From Cycas panzhihuaensis (taxonomy: Eukaryota > Plantae > Cycadophyta): a stretch of DNA of 64,000 nucleotides. The DNA lies in contig CM041465.1 of assembly GCA_023213395.1 (NCBI GenBank), positions 120,783,741 to 120,847,740 on the forward strand. The letters run 5' to 3'. The notes under the pieces are model-generated. The model was not told the DNA's origin. It made no database searches and saw only the letters and a list, made by a program, of their open reading frames with translations. Made by a program: the position numbers and the translations under genes. Shown here one piece after another: positions 39,901 to 56,201 of the stretch (the stretch's first letter is position 1; each line of letters begins with the position of its first letter).

Positions 39901-42900
39901 ATCTCCTAATATATCTCCTACTACTCCTAATAGCATTATACCTTTGTGAGATGTATTCATCTAACTCAAGTGTTCTACTTATTTATCACATAACTTCTCA
40001 AGTATCTCTCTAAACACCTATTCACTGCTTTCATTTGTCCATTGAGTTGTAAATGGTAACTAGTGCTTACAGCTAATGTCATTTTATCTTAACAACTCTT
40101 GCCAAAAATGACTAAGTATTTTCAAGTCTTTGTTGCTTACGATAACCTGTGGAAATCTATGTAGTTGATGAATTTTCTTTATAAATACTTTAACTATTGA
40201 AGGGCTTTATACATGGATCGTATGGTCATAAAATGAGTTAAATTTGTTAAACAGTCAACCACCACATTAATTACATCCTTACCCTTTGATTTTATAAGCA
40301 TATTATAAATCTATACTTATGCTTTCCCACTTCTTTTGGAGAATAGGAAAAGGCTTAGCAACTTAGGTGGTACTATGTGTTCATATTTACTAGTCTGACA
40401 TATCAAACATTCAACAATAAATCTCTACACCTCTCTTTTTATCTATATCTAGTAAATTAACTGCTTAATTTGTAAATATACTTTAAAGAACCCTAAGTAA
40501 CTAGCCAGTGAAACTAAATGCCCTTTTTCCATAATCCTAACCTAGAACTTAAAGTTAAGGCATACGAAGATTCTCCCCTTATACTAAATAACATTATTCT
40601 TCCATTCAAACTTACTATATTTGCCTTGTTGAATCTCTTTAAGGAGCTTTTCGACCTCTATACTCTTAGCATACTCTCCTTGGATATCTTCTATCCACAT
40701 CTTGGAAACATCATAGATACTCCATAAAGTTAGAATTCCTCCTCCTTTTCAGATAAAACATCTATGACCACATTTAACTTTGCTTTATTATAAAAATTTT
40801 CAAAATGGAATGCTTATAATCTGTTGATTTACTTATGTTGTTTTGAAGATAATTCCTTTTGTTTCAAGATATACTACAAATTATTATGGTCTATTTTATT
40901 TTTTATTCTGCTACCTAGAAGATATTATCACCATTTGTGTAGAGCATTCACTATGGCTACCATTTCTTTATCGTAGGTGGATTTAAGTTGTTCTTGGTTA
41001 TTTGGTTTCCTACTTTCAGAAGCAATTAGTCTTTCTTCTTACATAAACACTACTCATACTCCTATACTTGATGCATCACACTCAATGGTGAATGGTTTGG
41101 AAAAGTTAGGTGACGTTAATATGGGGACTAGGGTAATAATTTCCTTCAATCTTTAAAATCATTCCTCCTCTTGCTCACTCCATTGAAATGCAACATTCTT
41201 GAGTAAGCTTGTTAGTATCAAAGTTTTTTGGGTATTATTCTTAATAAACCATCTATAATATCCCATTAGACCCAAAAATTATCTTAATTGGAGGTTATTC
41301 CTTAGATTAGGCCAATTATAGATGGCCTTAATTTTCTTCAGGCCAACCTTAACTCCCTCTCAGGTTATGATGCGGCCCAAATACTCAACTTCTTCTTTTC
41401 TAAATACACACTTAGATCACTTGGTAAAGAGTTTGTTAGCCTAGAGAGTAATAAGAATTTTGTTGACATGGATAATATGGTTCTTCTATCCTTTTCTATA
41501 AATCAAAATATTATCAATAAAAACTAATGCTAACTTACTAAAAAAATGGGCCTTATTCATCAATGCCTAAAAAGTGTCATGGGCATTGGTGACTCTAAAT
41601 GGCATTACCTTCAATTCACACTACCAACATAGGGGCTATAAAAAAGCTTTTTTTAAGAACTAGTGCCATAAATCCAGTAGCTCGTCAACTATTGTCTCAA
41701 TCTTTGTTTTATAGTGATGTGGATGATTATACAGTTTCATGACTATTGAGTTAATCCCATGCTCCAATTTGATGGTGTGTTTTATACCTCAATTTAGTGG
41801 CAATTCCAACAAGAGCTCCTTAAAGACATCATCGTACCTTTGAAGTAGCTCTTACAATTCTAATTATAATTTATTCTCATCCTTGACCTCTACCCATAAT
41901 GCAAATAATTAAAATATAACCCCTAACTACCCCTTCCTTACTAACTTTTCCATTTGGTGGCAAGATATGAATTGATTTTTTACCAGTTACTACCTTCATA
42001 AGGTGATAACTTTACCATTTTACTTGTATTTCATAAACATTACCTTTAAATTCATTTCAAATATCCCAATTTTTAAAAGCCCTGGCTTCCTCGAATCACA
42101 TTGCTACCTCTAAAAACTACCACATAGAAACTTTTAGTAATAACTTCATTGTTAAAATTAATATTTATGTTGTTAGGTTATGGGTCTTAGTAGGTTAATG
42201 ATGAGTCATTAGAATATTTAGAGAATTGTAGGGTCATCATTTAATGTGGTGATAAGTGTCATGGTGGTTATAAGTTATTTATGGATTGTTACTAATCGCA
42301 AGTTATATATTTTTCTATAGCAACTTATACATTCATCGAGCATTCTAAATGCATGAAAATTTTTAAAGGTAGATCAATTCTACTTGATAATTTTTTTATG
42401 TTTGTATTTCTGATCTTGGTGTAATTTCTCATATTTGGTATCAAAGTGGGTGGGAAATGCTAGATTTGAAGTGGTTATAAGGTGCAAGCTAAGTTTGAGT
42501 TTAGTGAATTTAGTACCTTTTTTAAAGCCAAATAAGCTATGATGAAAATTATTTAAATTTTTTGAGTTTTTATGAAAGACTATAGAGGTTGTTGGAAGTG
42601 TTCTATAGTGAATTTTCAATGTTATTCTAAATTTTCTAGGGGTATATTGTTCATGTTATGGACAAAAAAGAAAGATCTTATGAAGAATTAGGGCATGATT
42701 TTGAGCTTGAATTCTTTTAACTTCATTAGGTTGCTAAATCTCTATAAATATATCAATTGTTTAATGGGATAAATCTTTATTTATTGATAGGGCACAAAGC
42801 TAGAGAAGGAAGCATGGTTTATAAATGTTTTTTCAAATTCCTCTATGGAATTATTTTGAAGAAATACAACATTTATGCATCTATTTCAAGGGACAAATTC

Positions 42901-45900
42901 TAAAACCAAATGTACTAGTTGCTAGATTGTGGTTTTGTTACTGTAGGGTTTGAAATTCAAGATCACAGGATTCGTGGATTTTAAAAAACCAAAGTTTAAA
43001 GTATCAAACAAATGTTTAAATGTTTGTAGCAGGTTTGTTTGGTTTATGTTTTGCATGACCATTTGAACACTAGGTATTAGTATATATGAAGGACAGGTTA
43101 AATGCAAGACTAAGACTAGATGGATAAACCCTATTTATTCATCTACAACTTGATCTTAATGTTAGATAAGATGTTAAACAGAAGATAAACCCTAATTGAA
43201 CCTAATAAACACCAAAGTTTCAACATAGCTTAAAATGCCATCACTTAGAAGTTGTGAAAGACCTCAAATGGTGAGCTAGGGCAGAACTCAATAGAGATAA
43301 ACAGAGCTAGACAAATGCTACTGAATGCAAATAAACATCAAATATATAGATTTCTATGAAATGTCTAAGATTAATGTAGCAAATTTGATTCTTATAACAC
43401 CAAAGATTAATGCAACATGAGACATCAAACATCTAAGGCTATTGCAACCATTCAAGGACAAAGATCTAAGAATGATAACCATTGCAAAAATGCCTAATCA
43501 ATGAGAATTTAGATTGATTTAAATTTGAATCCATAAATAAAAAGAGGAAAAATAATGAAAATGTAGAATATAATTTCCCAGATTATTTTTCCATTTAAAA
43601 CAATGGTTAAAGTTTTACTTTTTACTTTCTAATGCTTTAAAACATTAGATCAATTTTAGTTTTGATTTTAGTTCTGGTGTTTAGATCTTTTCTTGGGAGC
43701 CCCTAAGTTGCATCGACTCATAGGGTGCCAAATTTATTTATGGTTTATTTATTAATCTAATCAAATTTCTAAAAATACTAAGATGTATATTTTTTAATTC
43801 TCTATCATTTTGTAGAGGGCACATAAGAATGTTTTGGGTCTCTACATGGTGTCCATGATTTTTTTTTTTTTTTCTGAAGTTATGCACAGTGACCAATGTT
43901 TCTAAAACATTAAAAAAAAAAAGGGAAAAAATGGTGTGTGGTATACTAGGGCTATTTAATGGCCACTTTTATGTGTGATTTTAATATTTTTAGGTGTACT
44001 TTTAAAATTTTCCACATAAACATACTAGGCAAGAACTTATTTAACTCTTAGTCAAAAGAATGGATCAATGTTAAAAACTTTAGCACCTAGAAGCACTAAA
44101 TAAATAATTTTCTGTGAATGAATGGGTTGTCAAAGATTGTGCAAGGTAAAGCACTCATACAAGATGAAAAGATAACCATTTTTTATGAAAACATAGAATT
44201 TGAGAGAAAATATTATTTCACCTTAGGGTTGAAATGACCTTTTCCCTCAAATTGTGGTGAAGAATGTTAAAAGAGTGAAGACACTTAAAGAAGCATAGGA
44301 TGCCATCACGTTTATCTTTGAGATAAAAAAATCATAAAAGGGTTATGATTTTAAAGAATCAACTTTACAATCTTAGAATAATTGGTTTAGTGATCAAACG
44401 TCTCTAAATAGTTAAGGGAATCAAAAATTTTAGTTGGAGAATGTTAGGGAGACTATCAATGATAAAGACGTCATTACAGTTTTGATGAGTTTATTTAAGA
44501 AGTTTGAAAATTTGATGACAAGTTTTTTCTTATTAGAAAAAACTAACAAAATTTCTTTTATTAAGCTAAAGACATTGTTATTGTAATATGAGCAAATATT
44601 GAAGGATGATACTATTAGAGAATCTTTTGGTACATTTTTAATGAAGCTAAAGGAGAAGAAATCTTTCATTCTAAAGAAGAAAGTATTCCAACAATAGCAA
44701 CAATATACTTAGAAGGGGAAACTAAATCTATACTGCTACTATAATAAATTGGGTCATTTCAAGTGGGATTATAGGAAGTGGTAGGCTAATTATTAGAAGA
44801 AGGAAGATCACTAAAATTAGAGAAAGAAATTACAGGCAGGGCACATTTTGGGATAATTAATTAGCTTAAGTGACAAGGAAAAAAATCTTTTCATGATAGC
44901 TTCACATACAAGTCTAAAGGCATATGATGTTTGTTACGTTGATTGAAGGTCTTTGAGGCATATGACAAGATAGATTTAATGGTTTAGACACATGTGGGAA
45001 GCTATTAGATAAAGTGTTACACTAGGAGATAATAAGGTACTAAAAGTTGAGAGAATATGAGAGGTCTCATTTATTGTGCCTAATAGGGAAGATTACTACA
45101 TCGAGGCACATTGTACGTGTAAGTAACAGTGAAGAATTAGATTTATGTCAACCAAATTAAAGATGACAACATGAGTATTCTCTTTAAAGATGGAAAGGCT
45201 ACTAGAAAGTTATTGCAGAAGGTATTAGAGATATTGGTCTTTATAGGCTTTTGGAAAATTCTGTAAACCAAAGAGCATTGATTGTTATTGATTCTTGTAA
45301 AATTCAATTAGGACATAAAAGAATAGGTTGTTTGCATTAGTCTTAGCTTTATCTGGTGCATAAACTAAATATGGTATATGGTCTTCCAAAACTTAAACTA
45401 ATGAACCATATTTATGAACCTTATGTCATGGAAATATAGCATAGGGAGAAGTTCTAAAAAAGCAAAGATTATAAATCAACCAAAAGGTTAAGCCTTGTCG
45501 ACTGAGATATTTTTGGTCCAATGTCAATCACTTCACTCAGAGTTGTAAGATATTTATTGACCTTTATAGATGACTTTTCAAAAAAAAAATCCTATAAAAG
45601 AGAAATTATAAACCTTTGATATTTTTAAGGAATTCAAAGTGAAAGTGAAGAATGAAAAGGGTCATAAGTTGAAAATCCTTAGACTAAATAATGGGGGAGA
45701 ATGCACCTCTAATGCCTTTAGTTTTATAAGAACCATAGAATAAAATAGTAGCTAATAACAACATACAAAGCTCAACAAAATAAAGTTATTGAGAAGATGA
45801 AGAAGACTTTGGTTGAAAAGGCCAAGTTGATGATGAAAGTAAGAGATCTCTTAAAACCCTTTTAGGATGAAGTTGTTTATATAACAGCCTATCTAACTAA

Positions 45901-47929
45901 TATAAGTTTAATAAAGTCTATTTAGAACATGATGCCAAAAGAAGCCCAATCAAGGAGAAAACCTACAATGAATCATCTCAAAATCTTTCAAAGCACTGCA
46001 TATATACATGTTCTAAAAGAAAATATAAAAAAATTAATGATAAGAATTTCAAGTGTATTCTCATTAGGTAGAGTGAAGAAAGCAAAGTATACTAAGTATT
46101 TGAGTTAGAAACTAAAAAGGTACACACAACTTGGGATGCATCTTTGAATAAGTTGACAAACACAATACTAACTTGGGCACTTTGAGAATGTGGCAAGATA
46201 AAGGAAAGTAGATCGAGAAGCAACTAAAATCTAGTTCTGGATAGCAATTTGTTGATCCTAAGTTTAAGCAAAAGTTATAATATGAGTTGGAAGGTGAGGA
46301 AGAAGAGTATTAAGATGCTTAAGAATCACAACTTGAAGTGTAGCCTGAGGTCCCTCCACTTGCCATGAAACTCCCTATATGGTACTTAAAAACTATAGCA
46401 AAAACTCGATTACTTGAGGTTAAAGGAAAACAAAACTCAAGAATGAGACATGGCATAATTAACTTTGCTTTGATGGAAGATGTTGATGAGACTTTGAGTT
46501 TTGAGGATGTCTATTAGGACTAGAAGTTAAAAACAATAATGGATGCTGGAAATTATATTGTAAAGTAAAATAAGACTTTGGACTTGATCGAATTGCCAGT
46601 AAGAAAACATACAATTAGATGCAAATGGGCTAATAAGACCAAATTTAGATCTAACGGTTTAGTTGATAAATATAAATCTAGATTGGTAGCAAAGGGATTC
46701 AAGCAAACAAAAGGTATGGACTACTAAGGGACATTCACTCCAATAGCTAAAATGATAATAATTAGATTGATAGTAGTTATAATTTTTCAATTTAAATAGA
46801 AGTTACATGAATTTAATATCAAGAGTGCCTTCCTAAATGGAAATCTTATGGAGAAAGTCTATCTAGAGCAACCACTTAAGTATATTATAAAATACTAAAA
46901 ATACCTTAGGTATTGCTTAAAGAAAGCTTTGTATGGATTAAAGTAGGCTCCAAGAGCCTGATGTTCTAAGATTGATTAGTATTTTCTATAGAATATATTT
47001 AAAAGTTCACTAACTAATCTAAACTTATATATCAAAGATGAAAATTACTATTTAGTTATCTTTGTGGTTTCGTATATGGATGATCTTATGATCACAGGTA
47101 ATAATACCTTAAAGGTTAAAGAGCAGAAGAGTGATCTCAAGAGAATAGCTGAGATGATAAATCTTGGAGTTCTCCATTATTTTATGGAAGTAGAAGTTTA
47201 TCAAAAATCTAGAAAATCCATGATTTCATAACCCAAGTATGCATAGGAGATTTTGAAAAAATTCAAAATGGATGACTATAAACATATCCCAATCCCTATG
47301 GAGATAGGTTTAAAACTATCAATTTAAGATGATGGAAATCATATAGATGGCACTATGTACATGCATCTAGTTAGTGTCTTACTTTATTTGACTATAACTA
47401 AGCCTAATATATCCTTTGCAATTAGTTTATTATTGAGGTTTATTTAAGAGCTAAAGCAAAGCCACCAAAAATCTATAAGAAGGATCTTTAGATATTTATA
47501 TGGAACTTTATACCATGGATTAGAGTTCATCCAGAATAATAATTTCATGTTGGAAATGCATTCAAATTCTAATTAGAATAGATGTGCTAATAGTAAAAGG
47601 CCTACTTTATGTTGGCGATGAGGACAGAGCGAGTCAATCACACATTCATCCATAGTTTAGAGCATGTAAAAAATCTTCGTAGAAAGAAGGGAAGTGTTAA
47701 AAAAATACCAAGGAGGTACTCCCATTAAATATATAGTTTGGGAAATAAGAGGAATGCCTCAACCTAATATTAGTAATAAGTAATAAAAAAATAAGTAAAA
47801 TAACACATAATACTTGTCTTTTCAGTGGATGGTGGCTATGTGTCAGTTCTTGGTGGTCTGAGGTCAGCTTTGATAGCTTGCACACCACTTCATAAGGGGC
47901 ATTATCCCAACATTCTCGCCCATAATGTC

Positions 47930-50900
47930 CATTATGTAAAACTCCAAGTTTATCTCTAAATTTGTGGAGCTTGATCTTTTCTAATAGCTTTGTGAATATA
48001 TCAGTTATTTGATCTTTAGTGCTATAATATACCAACTCGATCTTGCCTACTTAAACTAATTCTTGAGTGAAATGATGCTAAGTTTTAATATGTTTGGTTC
48101 TACCATAAAATACTAGATTCTGAGTCATCTGAATGGTGCTTTAATTGTCACACCAAATCTTGATTGGCCCTTTTTATTCCATTTTAAGATCTTATAGGAG
48201 TCATTATAACCATACTATTTCACATGCCTATGAAACTGTTGCTTTAAATTCCACTTCTATTGTAGATAAAGAAATTGTATTCTATTTCTTAGTGCTCTAA
48301 GCTATAGCTATTGAACCCAAACTAAAAGTATAATCTAAAATAGATTTCCTATCATCAATGTCACCTGCCTAATCTGAATCTGTATACCTAACTAATTTAA
48401 AATTTGGTGAAGGTTTATAAAGTAACTCATATTCTATTGTTCCCTTTAAGTATCGTAAGATCCTTTTTGCTATTTACCAATGAGTAGACTTGGGATCTTG
48501 TATAAATCATGACACTACATTGATCGCATGCATAATGTCTAGCCATGTTGAAGTTAGATAAATTAGGCTACCAATTAATTATTTATAGAGTGTGGGATCC
48601 ACAGGTGCAGAATCATCAAGTTTAGATAACTTAATCCCAACTTCAACAGGTGTGGCTAGGGCTTTATAATCATTCATTTTAAAATTTTAGAGCAAGTCTA
48701 AGGTATACTTTCTTTGGGAAATAAAGATCATGTCTTCATTTTGCCATACTTCCAAACCTAAGAAGTAATACATTAAGCCCAAATCTATCATTTCAAACTC
48801 CTTATACATATCTTTCTTAAATTTCTATAAAAGATGTGAGTCATTTCTAGTGTAGACAAGATCATCTACATAAAGTCTTACTATTAGGATAAAGTCTTCT
48901 TTGATTTTGATGTATAAATTTAGATCTGACTGAGATTTTTTGAATCCTTAGTTTTTGAAATATTTGTTGATTTGGGAATACCATGCCCTAGGTGCTTGTT
49001 TTAGCCTATAAAGTGCCTTTTTAAGCTTGTACACTTTGTCTTCTTCCCCCCTGACTTCAATACCTTGGGGTTAAGAGATATAGATATCTTCTTCAATGTA
49101 CCTATTAAGAAATACACTTTAACATCCATTTGGTGAACATCCTATCCGTTTTGTGCAACCAAACTCAACATCATATAAATAATTTCTATACGAGTGACAA
49201 GATCAAATGTTTCATTATAGTTTATGTCTTCTCTTTGGGTATAACCTTTTACAATGAGTCTAGCTTTATGTTTATCAATTGATCCATCAAATCTAAACTT
49301 GATTTTATAGACCCATTTAGTACTAATGGCCCTTTTGTTGGAGGGAAGATCAACCAGTTTTCATGTATCATTTTTTACTATGGAGTTATATTCCTCATCC
49401 ATTAATTTTCTCCAATCATCATGCATATTGGCCTCATCAAAGGTATAAGGCTCATGAGTCCCTGTAACTTGACTCATAAGGACAAAATTCAACCTATGGG
49501 AATGAGTAGATCTCTTATTGTAGTCATTATCTAAAATGTTGTCTATATGATAGTTCCTTCGAACCCATTTAAGAAATCTTTGTGGTGGAGGATGAGAGGA
49601 AGTTCCCTCCCTACTTGGTACATCAATAGTTTACCTTAAGTCCTACCTAAGTGGCAAATATATGGACCTAGTGGTTGAATCAATATTTATTATGACACAT
49701 TTTCCCTTATCTTAATCATAATCAATGTGATAATAGTCATTTTCTTGGAAGATAACATCCTTATTCACCATAACTTTTCATGATCTAGGATCATAAACCT
49801 TATAAGATATTAGGTTTGTATCCAGTCCATGCTTCTTTAGGTGTCATCCACCTAAGGTATTTTGTGGTACACTTATGAAGTAAATAAATAGTAGTGTGGA
49901 CTGCCTCAACCCAAAATTCATGTCGCAATCTTTTGTCCTTCAACATATACCTAGCCATATCAACTATAGTATGGTTCTTTCTTTTATCTACACCATTTTA
50001 TTGAGGGGTATAGGGATTTGTAAGTTTTCTCCTGATCTCATGATGTGCATAATAGGCCTTAAACTCATTTGAGATGAACTCTCCCCCATTATCTAATCTT
50101 AGAGAGAGGATCTCATGTCTACTTTTCTTCTCCACATAAGTTTTGAAGTCGACAAAGTGTTGGAATACATCAGACTTGAACTTTAAGAAGTAAACCCAAA
50201 TTTTTCTTATATAATCATCAATGAATGTGATAAAATACTTAACACCTACTAATGAAAGAACATCCATGAGACCATAAAGATCTAAGTAGACTAGTTGGAG
50301 TGGTCATTTTTCTCTATGGTTGCTATCTAGAAAACTTTCTCTATGTTGTTTTCTAAGGAGACACCTTTCACAAATATTTTTATCCACTTCAATGTGAGGC
50401 AACCCATCAATCATATCCATTTTATTCATGAGTGCCAGACTATTATAATTTAGATGACCAAATCTCTTATGCCACATGTCACTATCAAGCTTGATTATTG
50501 TTCTTAAAGCATAGTTATCTAAAGGAGTGAGAACTAGTTTAATAAGTTTATCTTTAGTCATTTTACCTTTGGCAACTACTGCCTTATTCTTCCTTTTATC
50601 CTTAATAATGCATTATCCATTATCAAATATGACTTTGTTATCTTGACTCATTATTTGTCCTACTAATAAAAGATTATTTTTCAATGTTAGAATACAAATT
50701 ACATCATCTAGATGTCTATATTCACCTACTTCAGTCTTTAGGATGACATTACCTCTACCAATAGATTCATAAGATGTGTCATCTCCAAACATAATGGACC
50801 ATTTTCTAGTTCTATCCATGGTTTGAAAAATGTCTTGTTTGTGGGTCATATAGATGAAACAACTAGAATCAATATGCCAACTATCATCTTCTTCCTCATA

Positions 50901-52021
50901 AGCAATAAAACTGGATAAAAATAGTTAATTATTCTCCCGTGTTTCCACAGTTATATTGGCACTTCTCTTAATGGGTGGACCATGCTTAGCAAAACATTTA
51001 TCTTTTATGTGACCAACTCTATTACAAAATGAGCAGTGAAGTGAATCCCTTCTTCTAAAACTAAGACTTCTGCTAGTCTTATCAATATTGGATGGTCTTC
51101 CTCTTTCCACATATAGGCCTTGATTATCCCTTTATTTTTTGGATAGTTAAAGTTAGTCCTTTAAGATTGCATATCCCCTTGACAATTATGACAGCATTGG
51201 TTTGTCCCATGGTGCCTTTCTTAATATTAGTATCAATTTTGGCTAGAATTCCTTTGATTTGCTCCTTATTGTCTTTGATGTAGAGCTTGATACCTTGCTT
51301 GCCTATCTTAGCATATTTTTTCTTTCTCTCTCCCTTAGGGATTGGTCCCTAGATTTGGAGGTTTCAGCTTGTGATTTTGATTGTATCCTTACCTTGGTTG
51401 CAAAGGCATGCTCAAGCAACTCACTTGTATTCTTCTTCTCCTCAATTACCATTAACATGGTACTTAGTTGTTTAGTTCTCAAGGTAATCAAGTCCTTTGA
51501 CACCTCTATACTAGTTGCCACTATTTCAAATGTTTTTACCTCACTAACACATCTTAAGATTCTCTTAACAACCCTTTGCTCAATTAATATTTCTCCAAGG
51601 GATCTTGTTTGATTATCAAGGTTTTGGACATTGGTCATGAATTCTATAATTGATTCGTTAGGTATCATCCTTAGGTTTTTAAATCTACTCCTCAAAATTT
51701 ATAGCTTGGATGAAGCTACCTCTTTATAAAGTAATTGTAAGGTATCATAAGCATCCTTATATTCAATCGGCTCACTTACCCTAGGAAATATATGGTCCTC
51801 TAGGGTCCAAATAATGCAAGAGCCTCCTTGTCCTTCTTTACATTCTCTTTATATGCCAATTTCTTTGGATCTATTAGATTTTATCATAGTTTTGTGTATC
51901 TTGTTCTCACAATATCCCACATGTCTTTGGCAATGAGGATGGGTCTCATCCTTCTACTTCAGTTCAAGAAATTGGACCCATCAAACTTTGGAATAATCAT
52001 GTTCCCAAAATTAGTTACCAT
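47930..52021 (-). pseudogene. Copia E gag-pol, degenerate
   Basis: IIPKFDGSNF, CSFCNRVGHIKDKC, WHIDSSC, MWHKRFGHLNY, FIDDYIRKIWVYFL, LYVDDLVY, QITDIFTK. Confidence 0.92.
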
Positions 52022-53214
52022 TGTATCTCAACTAACATCTTGATAAGTATCCTTTAATAAAATGTCCTCAATGTATAGTTACCTAAATAAGGTTAATAAA
52101 ATATCATTAATATTATAGTTATCCCAAATAAGATTATATAATTATCCTAAATAAAGTTTAATAATTATCCCAAATAGTTTAATAAATATCCTAGTCCCTA
52201 AAAAAGGTTTCTAGGCTCTAAGTTTATGTGTCCTCAAGGGAAGCCTCCGGTGTTACCCTATCTAGTGGCATCTACCTACAAGTGGTAAATCAGTGACCCA
52301 ATATACCAGTACGTGAGCTCTTAGCTCAATATGCCTCAATATGTAAGTTGCAAAGAAGGTGCTAGACCCTTCTAAATTGTTCGTCCACATGTGCCAGTCT
52401 TATAACTAGCAACAAATTTAGTGGTGATGGATTTATAACCAAGGCACTCACCCTCTCTAAGTCTAGACTTGGTCTCCAAACTCTAGAATCAGACAGATTT
52501 CTCACCTCAACTTCCCTCTTAATACACTTGATAGCTAATGATGTTCCTTATCCAATATGAGTAGGTCAAAGGCATGTGCATGGTGGAAACTTTAGGGGTC
52601 CTAATCAGTTCCCTTGCAAGGCTGGAAATAAAGAGGTTAATTCGGGTGATTATCTTTCTTAATGTGAGATAGATAAGTATTAATGTAGTCTTGCTTAAAA
52701 AAGAAGATTCCTTTTCAAATAAGAAATAAAAGAAACTTTAATAATAAGCAAGACTAATACTTTTCAAATTAAAAAAATGATAAATGATGTTTTTAAATGA
52801 ATTTCACTATTTAAAAATAAGATAGTAACAAAGGAATAAGATGAAAATATTTCCTCTTAATAATAAAATAAAATAAACATTGAATGAATACAAATATGTA
52901 ATCAATTATCTTTCAAATTGAAAATTGATAAATTCTCCTTTGAAAAAATAAAGTAAACGACTTCCTTTTGAAGGAAACTATATGCACTCTTTCTAAAACC
53001 TTCAATTAATCAATAAGTAGCCAAAAAATAAACTAAAGAAGTGAAACTTTCAATGTTCGAATGTCTTTTAATCAAAGATAGCTAACAAAGTTCATTAAGA
53101 AATGCAAGGTAAGTAAACTTTTTTTAAAAATAAAGACCAATATTTAAACTATGATCTTTTTAAGTAATGATGAATATATGGATCTTTAAAAAGAAGATCT
53201 ATGATATAAGCAAG

Positions 53215-55867
<2,653 letters not shown>

Positions 55868-56169
55868 GATCACAAAGGTAAGGAATCTGAATAAAATTAG
55901 ATAACACATGAAGGAAATGATAAAAAAATCTTTTAATCCCTACTACCACCAGACGACACCACGATTTACGATATATATATATATATATATATATATTTAA
56001 ATAAGAGAAAAATATCTTATTATGGTGGCCAGCAAGAACAGATGCAATAAACAGATAGTCACCACTCACAAAACAACCAAAAATTCCATCTTATAGGAGA
56101 TCAATTTCATCCATGGTTCCAAAAAGGGGGGCACACATAATTGGGCTTTGAAAATTTTTAGAAAACATA

Positions 56170-56201
<32 letters not shown>

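Larger units (their letters stand above)
23031..39932 (-). mobile_element. Ty1/copia B with short (~180 bp) LTRs, carrying nested H, I and LINE
   Basis: LTRs 23031-23211 and 39740-39932 align. Degenerate PBS GATCTGATTCCA at 39728-39739; PPT at ~23212. RH/RT/INT at 23240-25184, INT at 29620-30318, PR/gag at 37099-38400 (KFDGKNYL, IVEKILRS). Confidence 0.88.
22360..42149 (-). mobile_element. Old chromoviral Ty3/gypsy C, split by copia B (23031-39932) and interrupted by copia D at 42150
   Basis: Chromodomain PLDEERKLIFIPKAIL...IQEYLTK at 22400-22580, with PPT and LTR start at ~22359. Integrase reads through the B insertion (..WYN|STFHMTI..FKALYDYDP). RH/RT at 40800-41800 (FTIECDASS, VFIDNILIY, VMPFRVTNA). 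Confidence 0.85.
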